Positions 21,543 to 32,462 of a DNA stretch of 64,000 nucleotides are shown here, in pieces. Both the position numbers and the translations under genes were made by a program. The stretch spans positions 248,680-312,679 of the forward strand of contig QQUJ01000018.1 in NCBI GenBank assembly GCA_008501635.1, given 5' to 3'. Numbering within the stretch: position 1 is the first letter of the stretch; every line of letters starts with the position of its first letter. Below the pieces are notes generated by a model. It was not told the origin of the DNA. It made no database searches and saw only the letters and a list, made by a program, of their open reading frames with translations. Origin of the DNA: Pseudomonadota bacterium. Its GTDB lineage: Bacteria > Pseudomonadota > Gammaproteobacteria > QQUJ01.

Positions 21543-21929
21543 ATGCGTGTTCTTCATACCATGCTTCGAGTAGGGGATCTCGACCGATCAATCGGATTTT
21601 ACACGGAGGTGCTGGGGATGCAGCTGCTGCGACGTAACGATTATCCGGAGGGCAAGTTCACCCTGGCTTTCGTCGGCTACGGCGCTGAACGCGACGAGGC
21701 GGTAATCGAGCTGACGTTCAATTGGGGGGTCGATCACTACGAGCTTGGTACCGGTTACGGGCATATCGCATTAGAGGTGGATGATGTCTACGATGCTTGC
21801 GCGGCCATCCGTGCCAAGGGCGGTAAGATCACTCGCGATGCAGGGCCCATGAATGCGGGTACTACGGTTATTGCATTCGTCGAAGATCCCGACGGTTATC
21901 CCATCGAACTGATCGGCAAGAAGAAGTAG
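21543..21929 (+). CDS. gloA: lactoylglutathione lyase (glyoxalase I)
   Basis: [26 protein letters not shown] aligns closely with the E. coli GloA N-terminus. Taken from the internal ATG with a GGAGG Shine-Dalgarno, it is 128 aa. Confidence 0.9.
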   Translation: MRVLHTMLRVGDLDRSIGFYTEVLGMQLLRRNDYPEGKFTLAFVGYGAERDEAVIELTFNWGVDHYELGTGYGHIALEVDDVYDACAAIRAKGGKITRDAGPMNAGTTVIAFVEDPDGYPIELIGKKK

Positions 21930-21931
21930 CC

Positions 21932-22369
21932 TCAGCGTAACTCAACCAGTTTTTTCAACCGTTCTATATAGCTGTTCTCGTCGGGTGACTTGCCGTCGCG
22001 CTGTGCTTCCCACAGGCTCTCAGCGAGGCATTCGATCATCCGATGTTCGGCCTCATGGGCGCTGCCGTAGCGAAGCTGCAATTGCCGGTGTATCCCAATC
22101 ACACCCAGTGGCCGATTGGTACTGAGTTGTTCGTGGATGGCGATATGCAAACCCATGTGCAGGAACGGGTTGGTCTCGCCCATTTCGGGGAAGAAGTCTT
22201 TCGCCAGAGCGCCTTCGTAATCCTCAAGGTAGATTTGGTACTCCGGGTGTTGCAGGATGACGGCGGCGATCTGTTTTTCCAGGGGTTCCAGCGGGAGCCC
22301 TGATTCATACTTGCGCCAGGCCTCGAAGTAAAGCCCCCGCAATTGGTCGCGATCGTTGCCAAACAACAT
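21932..22369 (-). CDS. conserved hypothetical protein (DUF1841-like)
   Basis: A 145-aa ORF with good codon usage, between gloA and nth. The family assignment is from memory and not certain. Confidence 0.5.
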   Translation of the reverse strand: MLFGNDRDQLRGLYFEAWRKYESGLPLEPLEKQIAAVILQHPEYQIYLEDYEGALAKDFFPEMGETNPFLHMGLHIAIHEQLSTNRPLGVIGIHRQLQLRYGSAHEAEHRMIECLAESLWEAQRDGKSPDENSYIERLKKLVELR

Positions 22370-22380
22370 GCGTCAGTTTC

Positions 22381-23013
22381 CTAGATCGTCTTGTCCTTGT
22401 AACTACACAGATCCGCAATGATGCACTGCGCGCACCTGGGCTTGCGTGCAATACAAGTGTAGCGTCCATGCAGGATCAGCCAATGGTGCGCGTCGACCCG
22501 ATATTCGGCCGGCACCGCTTTGAGGAGCTTTTTCTCCACCGCGAGCACCGTTTTTCCCGGGGCGAGTCCCGTACGGTTGGCTACCCGGAACACGTGGGTG
22601 TCGACGGCAATGGTGGGGTCGCCGAAGGCGGTATTGAGAATCACGTTGGCGGTTTTACGGCCAACGCCCGCAAGCTGTTCGAGCGCATTGCGGTCGTGGG
22701 GTACATGACCGCTGTGACGTTCCAGCAACTGGCCGCACATGGTGATGATGTTGGCCGCTTTGCTGTTATAGAGACCAATGGTCCTGATGTATTTTTTGAG
22801 TTCATCCGCGCCCAGCGCGTAGATTGCCTGCGGCGTTCGCGCTGCGGCGAACAGCCTGCGGGTGGCGAGATTGACGCTCTTGTCTGTCGCCTGCGCCGAG
22901 AGAATGACAGCCACCAGCAGCTCAAAGGGTGTGGAGTACTCCAGTTCACTGCGTGGCGCTGGATTGGCAGCGCGCAGGCGGGAAAAAAGTTCCTTGCGTT
23001 TTTTGGGCGACAT
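22381..23013 (-). CDS. nth: endonuclease III
   Basis: HhH-GPD motif (LPGVGRKTANV) and the C-x6-C-x2-C-x5-C [4Fe-4S] cluster. It lies downstream of rnfE as in E. coli and Pseudomonas. Confidence 0.9.
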   Translation of the reverse strand: MSPKKRKELFSRLRAANPAPRSELEYSTPFELLVAVILSAQATDKSVNLATRRLFAAARTPQAIYALGADELKKYIRTIGLYNSKAANIITMCGQLLERHSGHVPHDRNALEQLAGVGRKTANVILNTAFGDPTIAVDTHVFRVANRTGLAPGKTVLAVEKKLLKAVPAEYRVDAHHWLILHGRYTCIARKPRCAQCIIADLCSYKDKTI

Positions 23014-23066
23014 CAGATGCGGTGTTCAGGTCTGGGCCGCAAGCCAGCCACTCGATACCCGGCACT

Positions 23067-23759
23067 TCAAGTTACGGGTTCAGCTGCCACTGCGGCCGCG
23101 GGACGCTGCGCGACACGACGTTTTTGCCGCCGGTCGATCAGGTTCTTGAGCGCAATGAGAAATCCGAGACCGATGAAGGCGCCGGGTGGCAGCATGGCCA
23201 ACAGAAAGCCCTTGTAGTTCTCAAACACCGTAACCGTAACACCCCTGAAAGGCTCCCCGAACATGAGAGCCGCCTGTGCCAGCAGCGTGCCCTGGCCCAA
23301 AAGCTCACGCATGCCGCCCAGCAGCACCAAACCGAGGGTAAAACCCAATCCCATGGTAAAGGCATCGACAAAGGAGCGAACTACGTTATTTTTCGAAGCA
23401 AAGGCCTCGGCACGACCGATAATGACGCAGTTGGTTACGATCAGCGGGATGAAGATGCCAAGGATCTTGTAGAGATCATAGAAGAAGGCGTTCATCGCCA
23501 ATTCGATAGCGGTGACGAACGAGGCGATCACCATTACGAACACGGGAATGCGGACCTCGGGGCGCACCAGGTTGCGGATCAACGATACAGTAACGTTGGA
23601 ACCGATCAGCACCAGCATTGTGGCCATCCCCAGTCCCAGTCCGTTGACGATGGTGCCGCTGACCGCCAGCAGTGGGCAGAGCCCCAGCAGTTGAACGACG
23701 GCCGGGTTGTTGCGCCATAAGCCGTCACGAACCAGCGTGCCATAGTCGCTGTTAGCCAT
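23067..23759 (-). CDS. rnfE: Rnf/Rsx electron transport complex subunit E
   Basis: [29 protein letters not shown] matches the RnfE N-terminus. It is a polytopic membrane protein and the last gene of the rnfABCDGE operon. Confidence 0.85.
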   Translation of the reverse strand: MANSDYGTLVRDGLWRNNPAVVQLLGLCPLLAVSGTIVNGLGLGMATMLVLIGSNVTVSLIRNLVRPEVRIPVFVMVIASFVTAIELAMNAFFYDLYKILGIFIPLIVTNCVIIGRAEAFASKNNVVRSFVDAFTMGLGFTLGLVLLGGMRELLGQGTLLAQAALMFGEPFRGVTVTVFENYKGFLLAMLPPGAFIGLGFLIALKNLIDRRQKRRVAQRPAAAVAAEPVT

Positions 23760-24393
23760 GTTTCGCCTCCTGAGGTTTGACCGGTGCGAAGAGCTCGTCG
23801 CGATGCGCATTGAAGTAGATCAGCGCCTTGCGCACGGCATCGACCACGATCCGCGGTGTGATCGTTGCGCCGGTGAACTGATCGAAGACACCGCCGTCTT
23901 TTTTCACTTTCCATTGCATCATGGGCGGATTGCCCAACGAACGCCCGATAAAACTGTGTACCCAATCTGAACGTTCCACTTCGATCTGGTCGCCCAGACC
24001 CGGTGTCTCTTTGTGGCTGATGATGCGAATGCCCGCCAGTGCACCGTCGAAGTTGACGGCAATCAGTATTCGAATTGGACCGGCATAACCATTGGGCGCC
24101 ACGGCAGTGAAGATGACAGCGACAGGCGTGTCGGCGTTGCGTGCTCGATAGACCGTCACGGTTTCTGCAGTTCCCAATTGCTCGGGTGCCGCGATGCTCA
24201 GAGTATCCGCCAGCGGATCGTTGTCATAGCGAGTGGCGGGCACCAGCGCCTGCAGACTGCGCAGCAGCGCCATGCGTTCATTTTCGATGATCTGCTCGCG
24301 GGTGGTGTCGTAGGTTACGGCGACCAGTGTCGTACCGATTATGGCGAACAGGGTCAGCACCAACGATGAGCCGAGCATGTGCCGGATCGTCAT
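23752..24393 (-). CDS. rnfG: Rnf/Rsx complex subunit G (FMN-binding)
   Basis: RnfG family; the start is at [10 protein letters not shown] (ATG 24391-24393). It overlaps rnfE by 8 nt. Confidence 0.8.
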   Translation of the reverse strand: MTIRHMLGSSLVLTLFAIIGTTLVAVTYDTTREQIIENERMALLRSLQALVPATRYDNDPLADTLSIAAPEQLGTAETVTVYRARNADTPVAVIFTAVAPNGYAGPIRILIAVNFDGALAGIRIISHKETPGLGDQIEVERSDWVHSFIGRSLGNPPMMQWKVKKDGGVFDQFTGATITPRIVVDAVRKALIYFNAHRDELFAPVKPQEAKHG

Positions 24394-25430
24394 TGCACCT
24401 TCCTCCCGGTGCCGAAGACCCGTGGTTGGGTGTAGTAGTCGATGGTCGGCGCGGCCATATTCATCAACAGTACGCCGAAAGCGATGCCGTCCGGGAAACC
24501 GCCCCAGGTACGGATCAGGAAAGTGATCAGCCCGACGCCGAAGCCGAACAGCAGGCGCCCGCGGGGTGTAGTACTGGCGGTTACCGGATCGGTGGCGATA
24601 AAAAAGGCGCCCAGTACAGTAGCGCCGGAGAGGAGGTGCACCAGCGGCGAGATACTGGACTCGGGATACAGGAGATGGAGGATGGCCGCTGGCCCCAACA
24701 GCCCGACCAGCAATCCTGCAGGGATCTGCCAGGCGATTGCCTTGCGCCACAGCAGGAAGAGTCCACCCGCTGCGTAGGCTGCGTAGACCCATTCCCAACC
24801 TTTGCCCCCCAGGTTGCCAAAGACCGGTTGTTGGAGAATCTCCCCAACGCTGCGGTTCATGTCGAGCTGCGTCTTGAGCGTATCCAGGGGTGTGGCCATG
24901 GTCAGGGCGTCGACGGCTATGCCATCAGGCATGAGACCGAGAAAGACGATGCCCAGGGTGTCGTGGAAATCGAGGGTCACCTCGAGCAGCAGCTGCGGCG
25001 GCATCCAGCGGGTCATTTCAACCGGAAACGAGATGATCAGCACCACGAAACCGACCATGGCCGGGTTGAACGGGTTATAACCCAGGCCACCGTACAGGTG
25101 CTTGGCGACGACAATCGCAAAAGCGATGCCCACTACGGTGAGCCACCAGGGGCTCAGCGGCGGGAGCGACAGCACCAGCAGAACCGCAGTCAGCAACGCG
25201 CTGAGATCGCTCAGGAAGGGCCACAGCGGACGCCGGCGGATAGCGAGCAGAGCTGCCTCGCAAACCACAGCGGTAGTAATCCCGAGTGCAAGCTTGATGA
25301 GGATGGCCCACCCGAAGATCAGGTAGTACGCGGCGATGCCAGGCACCAACGCGAGGAGTACGACACCCATGGCGCGAGTGACCGAGTTGGGCGAATGCAG
25401 ATGGGGCGAGGTGGCGGTTTCGAACTCCAT
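24390..25430 (-). CDS. rnfD: Rnf/Rsx complex subunit D
   Basis: 346-aa polytopic membrane protein of the RnfD/NqrB family, overlapping rnfG by 4 nt. Confidence 0.85.
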   Translation of the reverse strand: MEFETATSPHLHSPNSVTRAMGVVLLALVPGIAAYYLIFGWAILIKLALGITTAVVCEAALLAIRRRPLWPFLSDLSALLTAVLLVLSLPPLSPWWLTVVGIAFAIVVAKHLYGGLGYNPFNPAMVGFVVLIISFPVEMTRWMPPQLLLEVTLDFHDTLGIVFLGLMPDGIAVDALTMATPLDTLKTQLDMNRSVGEILQQPVFGNLGGKGWEWVYAAYAAGGLFLLWRKAIAWQIPAGLLVGLLGPAAILHLLYPESSISPLVHLLSGATVLGAFFIATDPVTASTTPRGRLLFGFGVGLITFLIRTWGGFPDGIAFGVLLMNMAAPTIDYYTQPRVFGTGRKVQ

Positions 25431-27068
25431 CTACGACGACTCCTCATCGGGCGGCGCTGGCGCTTCGTGATCGGGTGGCGCGGTGCCGGAGCGACGTTTC
25501 TCCAGCTCGGTGATGCGCAGGCGCGACTCGGCGCTCGGTGCACCCTGAGCGACATTGCCCTGGGGCGCAGCGCTATGCACACCGGCGGGGGCCTTCTGCG
25601 CTTCTTCGCGTTTCTTGGCCAGCGCAGCCTCTTTGATGATGCGCATGCGCTCCTCTTTTTCGCGTTTATCGCGGTCGATGCGCTCCTGCTTGGCGTCGTG
25701 GCGACGCCGCGACTCCTCCATGAAGTGTTGCTCGCGCTCCTGTGCCCAGATCTCGTTCTTGGCGAAGCGGAAGTACTGCACCAGCGGAATGTTGCTGGGA
25801 CAAACGTAGGAACAGCAGCCGCATTCGATGCATTCGAAGAGGTTGTGATCCTGAACGCGATCGAAATCTTTGGCGCGCGAGTGCCAGTACATCTGTTGGG
25901 GCAGTAAATGGGCGGGACAGGCTTTGCTGCAGCGACCACACCGTATGCAGGGTAAGACGGGGTTGCCGGAAGCGAGTTCGTCGCGGCGTGCCGCCAGGAC
26001 GCAGTTGGCCGCCTTCACCACCGGGATCGCATCGCTATGGAGCGCAAAGCCCATCATCGGGCCACCCAGTATCAGGCGGGTCACGTCTTCACGGTAGCCA
26101 CCGCATTGGGCGATGAGATCACTGACCGGGGTGCCGAACAGCACCTCCAGATTCCGCGGTTCAGCCACGCCTTCACCGGTCACAGTGATGATGCGCGAGA
26201 TCAGCGGCTCAGCCAATGCGATAGCGTTGTAGACTGCCCGTGCTGTGGAAAGGTTGTGGCAGACCACTCCGATCTCCAGCGGACGTTTGCCGCTGGGGAC
26301 CTCTTTGCCGGTCAGCACCTTGATAAGTTGGCGCTCGCCTCCTGTGGGATAGCGAGTGGGCAGCCGGACAACGCTGATCTGGGGATCGCCCGCCGCTTCA
26401 ACAGCCGCTTTCATGCTGTGGAACGCCTCGGGTTTATTGTCCTCGATGCCGATTACGCACCGCCCCGCCTGGAGGGCGTGGCGCATGATGAGCAGACCCT
26501 GCAGCACCTGGCTGGCGTAGTGACGCATCAGCATGTCGTCGGAAGTGATGTAGGGTTCACACTCCGCGCCGTTGATGATCAGCGTTTCAACCACCTTGCC
26601 CTCACCGGGATTGAGTTTGATGAAGGTGGGAAAGGCGGCACCGCCCAGGCCGACGATGCCCGCATCGCGGATATGCTGGCGTAGTTCCTTGGGCGTAAGT
26701 CGGGTGAAGTCGTCAATCGGATGCCGCGGGCTGATCCAGGTCTCTGCGCCGTCGGGTTCGATGACGATACAGGTGGCGTTGAGCCCCGATGGGTGCGGTA
26801 CCGGATGCAGTGCAATCTCCACAACGCGGCCTGAGGTCGGTGCGTGGATCGGGGCGCTGATACTGCCGCTGGCGCGAGCGATTATCTGCCCCTTGAGTAC
26901 ACTGTCCCCGGGTTGCACCGTGGGTTCGGCGGGAGCGCCAATGTGCTGCGCGACCGGCAGAATGAGCCGCGCAGGCAGGCGCGCTGTTTCCAGCGGGCGG
27001 CTCAGGCTCAGCTCTTTGCGCCCCGGCGGGTGGATACCCCCGCGGAATTTCCACAGACGCTGCAACAT
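25431..27068 (-). CDS. rnfC: Rnf/Rsx complex subunit C (NADH-binding, two [4Fe-4S] motifs)
   Basis: Starts [15 protein letters not shown]; two CxxCxxCxxxCP ferredoxin motifs and a charged low-complexity C-terminal tail. Its ATG overlaps the rnfB stop (TAATG). Confidence 0.85.
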   Translation of the reverse strand: MLQRLWKFRGGIHPPGRKELSLSRPLETARLPARLILPVAQHIGAPAEPTVQPGDSVLKGQIIARASGSISAPIHAPTSGRVVEIALHPVPHPSGLNATCIVIEPDGAETWISPRHPIDDFTRLTPKELRQHIRDAGIVGLGGAAFPTFIKLNPGEGKVVETLIINGAECEPYITSDDMLMRHYASQVLQGLLIMRHALQAGRCVIGIEDNKPEAFHSMKAAVEAAGDPQISVVRLPTRYPTGGERQLIKVLTGKEVPSGKRPLEIGVVCHNLSTARAVYNAIALAEPLISRIITVTGEGVAEPRNLEVLFGTPVSDLIAQCGGYREDVTRLILGGPMMGFALHSDAIPVVKAANCVLAARRDELASGNPVLPCIRCGRCSKACPAHLLPQQMYWHSRAKDFDRVQDHNLFECIECGCCSYVCPSNIPLVQYFRFAKNEIWAQEREQHFMEESRRRHDAKQERIDRDKREKEERMRIIKEAALAKKREEAQKAPAGVHSAAPQGNVAQGAPSAESRLRITELEKRRSGTAPPDHEAPAPPDEESS

Positions 27069-27613
27069 TAGCCGGCCGATTCGAGTTGGGCAGGCATGGG
27101 CCACTTCCATTCGCCGATGCCTGGATTGACCGGCTCCATAGAGATGCAGTCCACCGGACAGGGCTCGACACACAGCTTGCAGCCCGTGCAGTAGTCCGGG
27201 AGGACGGTGTGCATCTGCTTTGCGGCGCCGAGAATGGCGTCCACCGGGCAGGCGCGGATACAGGCGGTACACCCCACGCAAAGCGCTTCGTCGATCCGCG
27301 CCACCGACGGTACCCGGTTCGCGGTCGCCTCATCGAGCGCCACGGGTTCGCGGCCCAACAGGTCGGCCAATCCGATCATGGCCGCGTCCCCCCCAGGCGG
27401 GCAGAGATTGATCGCGGCTTCTTCACCGGCGATAGCTTCGGCGTAGGGTCGGCAGCCCGGGAAGCCGCACTGCCCGCATTGGGTCTGAGGAAGCAACGCG
27501 TCGATCTGATCCACCACCGGGTCGCTTTCGACCTTGAAGCGCAGGTCGGCATAACCGAGCAGCAAGCCGAACACGGCGGCGAGAGCACTCAATGCAATAA
27601 TGGCCTCCAGCAT
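27068..27613 (-). CDS. rnfB: Rnf/Rsx complex subunit B (ferredoxin-like)
   Basis: An N-terminal TM helix, a CGQCGFPGC cluster and two 4Fe-4S ferredoxin motifs. Confidence 0.85.
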   Translation of the reverse strand: MLEAIIALSALAAVFGLLLGYADLRFKVESDPVVDQIDALLPQTQCGQCGFPGCRPYAEAIAGEEAAINLCPPGGDAAMIGLADLLGREPVALDEATANRVPSVARIDEALCVGCTACIRACPVDAILGAAKQMHTVLPDYCTGCKLCVEPCPVDCISMEPVNPGIGEWKWPMPAQLESAG

Positions 27614-27615
27614 GG

Positions 27616-28197
27616 TTACCCTTTCACCAACCCGGTGAAGCCCATGAAGGCGAGCGACATCAATCCTGCCGTGACCATGGCGATCGCCGCACCCTGGAAC
27701 GCAACGGGCACGTCGGCGACGTCGATGCGCTCGCGCATGGCGGCGAACAGCACCAGGACCATCGAAAAACCGGCTGCGGCACCAAAACCGTAGATCGCCG
27801 ATTGCAGCAGATCATGTTGTTTCTGCACGTTCAACAGCGCCACGCCCAGCACGGCGCAGTTGGTGGTAATCAACGGCAGGAAAATGCCAAGCAGCTGGTA
27901 GAGAATGGGGCTGGTCTTGTGCACCACCATCTCGGTGAATTGAACCACTACGGCGATTACCAGGATGAAGCTGATGGTGCGCAGGAACTCCAGATCGAGC
28001 GGCACCAGGAGGTATTCGTTGACCAGGTAACTGCAGATAGAAGAGAGCGTGAGGACGAACGTCGTGGCCAGGCCCATCCCGGTCGCGGTCTCCAGTTTGC
28101 GCGAGACACCCATGAACGGGCACAGGCCTAAAAACTTCACTAAAACGAAGTTATTGACCAGGACCGTGCTGACGAGGATGAGTGCGTACTCTGTCAT
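27616..28197 (-). CDS. rnfA: Rnf/Rsx complex subunit A
   Basis: 193-aa RnfA/NqrE family membrane protein and first gene of the operon. Confidence 0.85.
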   Translation of the reverse strand: MTEYALILVSTVLVNNFVLVKFLGLCPFMGVSRKLETATGMGLATTFVLTLSSICSYLVNEYLLVPLDLEFLRTISFILVIAVVVQFTEMVVHKTSPILYQLLGIFLPLITTNCAVLGVALLNVQKQHDLLQSAIYGFGAAAGFSMVLVLFAAMRERIDVADVPVAFQGAAIAMVTAGLMSLAFMGFTGLVKG

Positions 28198-28522
28198 TAT
28201 CTACCTGTTTTCCACGCCCTTCGGGGTGCGGGTGGGACTCGATACTAGCATGCGTTTTTGCATTGCAACAAGAATGTAACCTTTTGTTTTGCTGCAACAA
28301 AAATTTATGGGGGGATTACCCTGGGAAAATATTGCAGCACTCGCAGCTGGCGATCCGAATCCCGTTCAGCACAATATTAGTTTGATATCAAACAATTATG
28401 AAGCCCCACGGCGACGAAGTTCGTTCAGGCGAAGGGGAGTCAGAATCTGGATGTCCCCAAGGGATGATCTGCCCGCGTCCCCACGCGGGACGGAACCGCT
28501 GTAGTCTGGAAGGATAGCCAGC

Positions 28523-30538
28523 TTACTTGATTCGCATACCTGGCTGGGCACCGGAATCGGGGTTGAGCAGGAAGATCTCCTTACCACCGGGTCCGGCGGC
28601 CAACACCATGCCCTGCGAAATCCCGAAACGCATCTTGCGGGGCGCTAGATTGGCGACCATGACGGTCAGCCTGCCTTCCAGGTCTGCCGGGGTATACGCG
28701 GCCTTGATGCCCGCGAATACGCAGCGTGTCTCGCCGCCCAGATCGAGGGTCAATTCCAGCAGTTTGTCGGCCCCCGCCACGGCCTCGGCCTTGATGATGC
28801 GGGCGACGCGCAGATCCACTTTGGCGAAATCGTCAAAGGAAACGATCTCGGCGACAGGTTCGGCAGGTTGCTTGGGGTCGGCCTCTGCTTTGGGGTTCAG
28901 GGTCTCCTTGGAGGCGGCAACCATGGCCTCGACCTTTTCAGTCTCGACCCGCTGCATCAGCGGTTTGAAGGTGTTTATGGTGTGATCAAGCAACGGTGCG
29001 TGGCGATCGTCCCACTGCAATGGCGGGATATTGAGGAAAGTTTCGACCTTGTCGGCCATCACGGGCAGAACCGGTTTGAGATAGATCATTAGTACCCGGA
29101 AAAGATTCAGCGACAGGCTGCAGATATCGTGCAGCGCCTCGCCGCTGTCTCCTTGTTTCGCCAGCACCCAGGGTTCTTTCTCCGCAACGTACTGGTTGGC
29201 GCGGTCGGCGAGCGCCATGATCTCGCGAATCGCCCGGCTGTACTCGCGCGCCTCGTAGCATTCGCCGATGGCATCGCCGGCCCGTGCGAATTCGTCATAC
29301 AGGGCGGGTTCGGCACAACGTGGTGAGAGGCGGTTGGCGAAGCGCTTGGCGATGAAGCCGGCGGTGCGGCTGGCGATGTTGACGACCTTCCCCACCAGAT
29401 CGGCGTTGACGCGTTGTGCGAAGTCGTGAAGATTCAGATCCAGGTCGTCGATACGGCTGTTGAGCTTGGCGGCGAAGTAGTAGCGCAGATACTCCGGATC
29501 GAGATGATCCAGATAGGTGCGCGCTTTGATAAAGGTGCCGCGGGATTTGGACATCTTCTCCCCGTCAACGGTGAGAAAGCCGTGGGCAAAGACCGCCGAT
29601 GGGGTGCGGAAACCCGCTCCGTGGAGCATGGCGGGCCAGAACAAGGTGTGGAAGTAGATGATGTCTTTACCAATGAAGTGGTAAAGCTCGGTATCGCTGC
29701 CCGGTTTCCACCACTCCTCGAAATCCACACTGTGGCGATCGCACCAGTTTCGGAAGCTGGCCATGTACCCAATCGGTGCGTCGAGCCATACGTAGAAATA
29801 TTTATCTTCCGTATCGGGAATGCGAAACCCGAAATAAGGCGCGTCGCGGGATATGTCCCACTCCCGGAGGCCCGCTTCGAACCATTCATCCAGCTTGTTG
29901 GCGACCTGCTCCTGGACATGACCGGAACGGGTCCAGCCTTTGAGCATTTGCTCGAAATCCCCCAGCTTGAAGAAGTAGTGCAACGACTCCTTCTCAATGG
30001 GGGTCGCACCCGAGATGACCGAGCGCGGATTTTTAAGTTCGCCCGGCGAATAAGTGGCGCCACATACTTCGCAGGAGTCACCGTACTGATCGGCTGCTCC
30101 GCAGCGCGGGCACTCGCCCTTGATGTAACGGTCGGGCAGGAACATGGCGCGGTCCGGATCGTAGAATTGGGTGATGACGCGCGTGTTGATATGACCTGCG
30201 GCGCGATTGCGCAGGTAGATGGTCTCCGCGCAGACACGGTTTTCCTCCGAATGGGTAGTATGGTAATTGTCGAAGGCGATCGCGAAGTCGGCGAAATCGC
30301 GGCGATGTTCTGCGCCGATACGTTCGATCAGAGCTTCCGGGGTGATTCCCTCTTGTTCGGCGCGCAGCATGATGGGTGTGCCATGGGCATCGTCGGCGCA
30401 GACGTAAATGCACTCGTGGCCGCGCATTTTCTGGAACCGCACCCAGATATCCGTCTGAATGTACTCCACCAGATGTCCGATATGGATCGGGCCGTTGGCA
30501 TAGGGGAGGGCGCTGGTGACCAGAATTCGGCGCGGCAT
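28523..30538 (-). CDS. metG: methionyl-tRNA synthetase
   Basis: HIGH motif ([11 protein letters not shown]) and KMSKS, Zn knuckles CPRCG/CEVCG, and a C-terminal tRNA-binding (EMAP-like) domain. The start is at the ATG 30536-30538 ([13 protein letters not shown]), giving 671 aa. Confidence 0.9.
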   Translation of the reverse strand: MPRRILVTSALPYANGPIHIGHLVEYIQTDIWVRFQKMRGHECIYVCADDAHGTPIMLRAEQEGITPEALIERIGAEHRRDFADFAIAFDNYHTTHSEENRVCAETIYLRNRAAGHINTRVITQFYDPDRAMFLPDRYIKGECPRCGAADQYGDSCEVCGATYSPGELKNPRSVISGATPIEKESLHYFFKLGDFEQMLKGWTRSGHVQEQVANKLDEWFEAGLREWDISRDAPYFGFRIPDTEDKYFYVWLDAPIGYMASFRNWCDRHSVDFEEWWKPGSDTELYHFIGKDIIYFHTLFWPAMLHGAGFRTPSAVFAHGFLTVDGEKMSKSRGTFIKARTYLDHLDPEYLRYYFAAKLNSRIDDLDLNLHDFAQRVNADLVGKVVNIASRTAGFIAKRFANRLSPRCAEPALYDEFARAGDAIGECYEAREYSRAIREIMALADRANQYVAEKEPWVLAKQGDSGEALHDICSLSLNLFRVLMIYLKPVLPVMADKVETFLNIPPLQWDDRHAPLLDHTINTFKPLMQRVETEKVEAMVAASKETLNPKAEADPKQPAEPVAEIVSFDDFAKVDLRVARIIKAEAVAGADKLLELTLDLGGETRCVFAGIKAAYTPADLEGRLTVMVANLAPRKMRFGISQGMVLAAGPGGKEIFLLNPDSGAQPGMRIK

Positions 30539-30680
30539 GACTACCTCTTTGTATTTACTACAGTTGGGTGCGGTTGAAGCGGGTGCATACAGTATCAACA
30601 AAGGCCGCAACGGACCATAAAAGCTGCATTCGCAGCCAGTGGCACGACCATTCGCGCACGCGTGGGCATGCACGGCATGG

Positions 30681-30707
30681 TTTGCATAGAAAAATCACAA
30701 CTATAAT
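30681..30707 (+). promoter_or_regulatory. candidate sigma70 promoter (TTTGCA-N15-TATAAT) reading into the hemerythrin-like ORF
   Basis: A perfect -10 hexamer at 30702-30707 in an AT-rich intergenic island. Confidence 0.3.
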
Positions 30708-30743
30708 ATCAAATAATTTAATTATTATGTCGCTTCCTGTACC

Positions 30744-31289
30744 ATGGCGGGCACGGATCCTGGAATGAATGATCACACTAAGGATGGCAGGGAACAGGCA
30801 GTGACTGATAGTGAGCAAAAAGCCCACGATCTGCCGTGGGTGCACCAAGACCACGAGCGTATTCGCGGGCTGTTGGCGGATATTCACTCTGTACTCAACC
30901 GGGAACCGATGTCCTTTGTCGTACATCGCATGCTGGAGGAGTTGCGGAATTTGTGTCGCTCCCATTTCGCGCGTCAGCGTCGAGCATTGGGGGGAGCCGG
31001 GGTCGGTGAGGCGCAGATCGGGGATGGTGAGCGGTTTTTAAAGCGACTCCAGGACTTCCAGCGTCAAGCGTGTCTTTCGCGCAAGGTGGATCATGCCGCA
31101 TTGCAGGATCTTCTGGTCTGCTGGCAGACGCACCATTTTGCGAGTTGTGAAAAAACCCTGCGTGATGCAGTGGTTAGCGCCTCTGATGCGACACGCTGGG
31201 ACCTCTTTCATGCCGAAGCAGCCCGATACGGGGGTGCAGATCCGTCGGCCCCTTTTGATCCGAAGACGTCCGGCGCCTTTCTGTTGTAG
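30744..31289 (+). CDS. hypothetical protein with a hemerythrin-like HHE cation-binding pattern (putative)
   Basis: A 181-aa ORF between the divergent metG and apbC genes. It shows four His-bearing helix-like segments (WVHQDHERIRGLLADIH, SHFARQ, KVDH, CWQTHHFASCE). There is no clear Shine-Dalgarno, and the start is uncertain. Confidence 0.4.
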   Translation: MAGTDPGMNDHTKDGREQAVTDSEQKAHDLPWVHQDHERIRGLLADIHSVLNREPMSFVVHRMLEELRNLCRSHFARQRRALGGAGVGEAQIGDGERFLKRLQDFQRQACLSRKVDHAALQDLLVCWQTHHFASCEKTLRDAVVSASDATRWDLFHAEAARYGGADPSAPFDPKTSGAFLL

Positions 31290-31351
31290 AATCTTCGGCC
31301 CTCGATTCTGACCCGGCCCTGCCGGGTTTTTTACATGCCAGGAGGTTGAAG

Positions 31352-32446
31352 ATGGCGGCAATCACCCGCGAGCAGATTGAAACAGCGCTCAAGAACTACA
31401 CCGATCCCAACACCGAAAAGGATCTGTTTACGACAAAGTCGGTCAAAGATATCCAGATCGATGGCGACAAGGTATCGATTGCGCTCGAGCTGGGCTATCC
31501 CGCCGAGGGCTTCAAGAGTGAAATGTCCAAGACGGTCACGCAGTATGTACAGAAAGGCGTGCCGGGTGTGGGTGGTGTCGACGTCAAGATCGCCCACAAG
31601 ATCATCGCCCACGCGGTTCAGAAGGGCGTTACACCCATCAGTAACGTGAAGAACATCATCGCCGTCGCCTCCGGAAAAGGAGGCGTTGGAAAATCGACGG
31701 TGGCGGTCAATCTTGCGTTGGCTCTTAAAGCTGAGGGCGCCAAGGTGGGTATTCTCGACGCTGATATCTACGGGCCCAGCCAGCCGCGTATGCTGGGGAT
31801 CAAAGGCCAGCCGACCAGTAAAGATGGCAAAAGCCTCGAGCCGATGGTTAGTTACGGTATTCAGGCGATGTCCATCGGTTTCCTGATCGAGGAAGAGACA
31901 CCGATGATCTGGCGCGGTCCCATGGTGACTCAGGCGCTGGAACAGTTGCTCAACGACACCAGTTGGCAGGCGCTGGATTATCTTGTCATCGATCTGCCGC
32001 CCGGTACCGGTGATACCCAGTTGACGTTGGCGCAGAAAGTGCCTGTCAGCGGGGCCGTGATCGTCACCACACCGCAGGACATCGCCCTGCTTGATGCGCG
32101 CAAGGGTCTCAAAATGTTCGAAAAAGTGGAGGTGCCGGTACTTGGTATCGTGGAGAACATGAGTATTCATGTGTGCAGCAAGTGCGGTCACGAAGAGCAC
32201 ATCTTCGGCGAAGGTGGTGGGCGGCGTATGGCTGAGCAATACGGCGTCGATTTCCTCGGTGCACTACCGTTGGATATCTCTATTCGTGAGTTGGTCGACA
32301 GTGGCAAGCCTTCGGTGGTTGCGGAGCCGGACAGCGTCATTGCCGGGTACTATCGTGATATCGCGCGCAAGACAGCCGCCAAGCTCTCGCTCAAGGCACG
32401 TGATTACACCCACAAGTTCCCGAGCATCGTCGTCTCCAACGACTAA
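31352..32446 (+). CDS. apbC: Fe-S cluster carrier ATPase ApbC/Mrp
   Basis: Deviant Walker A (GKGGVGKST), a CxxC motif and an N-terminal DUF59/MIP18-like domain. It is divergent from metG as in E. coli. The start was set at the ATG at 31352 (GGAGG Shine-Dalgarno). Confidence 0.9.
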   Translation: MAAITREQIETALKNYTDPNTEKDLFTTKSVKDIQIDGDKVSIALELGYPAEGFKSEMSKTVTQYVQKGVPGVGGVDVKIAHKIIAHAVQKGVTPISNVKNIIAVASGKGGVGKSTVAVNLALALKAEGAKVGILDADIYGPSQPRMLGIKGQPTSKDGKSLEPMVSYGIQAMSIGFLIEEETPMIWRGPMVTQALEQLLNDTSWQALDYLVIDLPPGTGDTQLTLAQKVPVSGAVIVTTPQDIALLDARKGLKMFEKVEVPVLGIVENMSIHVCSKCGHEEHIFGEGGGRRMAEQYGVDFLGALPLDISIRELVDSGKPSVVAEPDSVIAGYYRDIARKTAAKLSLKARDYTHKFPSIVVSND

Positions 32447-32462
32447 AGGACAGGCAGGCGCG

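Noticed and set aside
24327-25907. 526-aa plus-strand ORF across rnfD/rnfC
   Set aside because: It is antisense to two well-supported rnf genes and has a low-complexity R/G/Q-rich product.
29414-30577. 387-aa plus-strand ORF
   Set aside because: It is antisense to metG and shows no homology.
30622-30637. TGGCACG-N4-TTCGC, a sigma54-like motif
   Set aside because: The -12 element reads CG instead of GC, and no sigma54 activator or enhancer context is seen nearby. It is mentioned only as a near-match.
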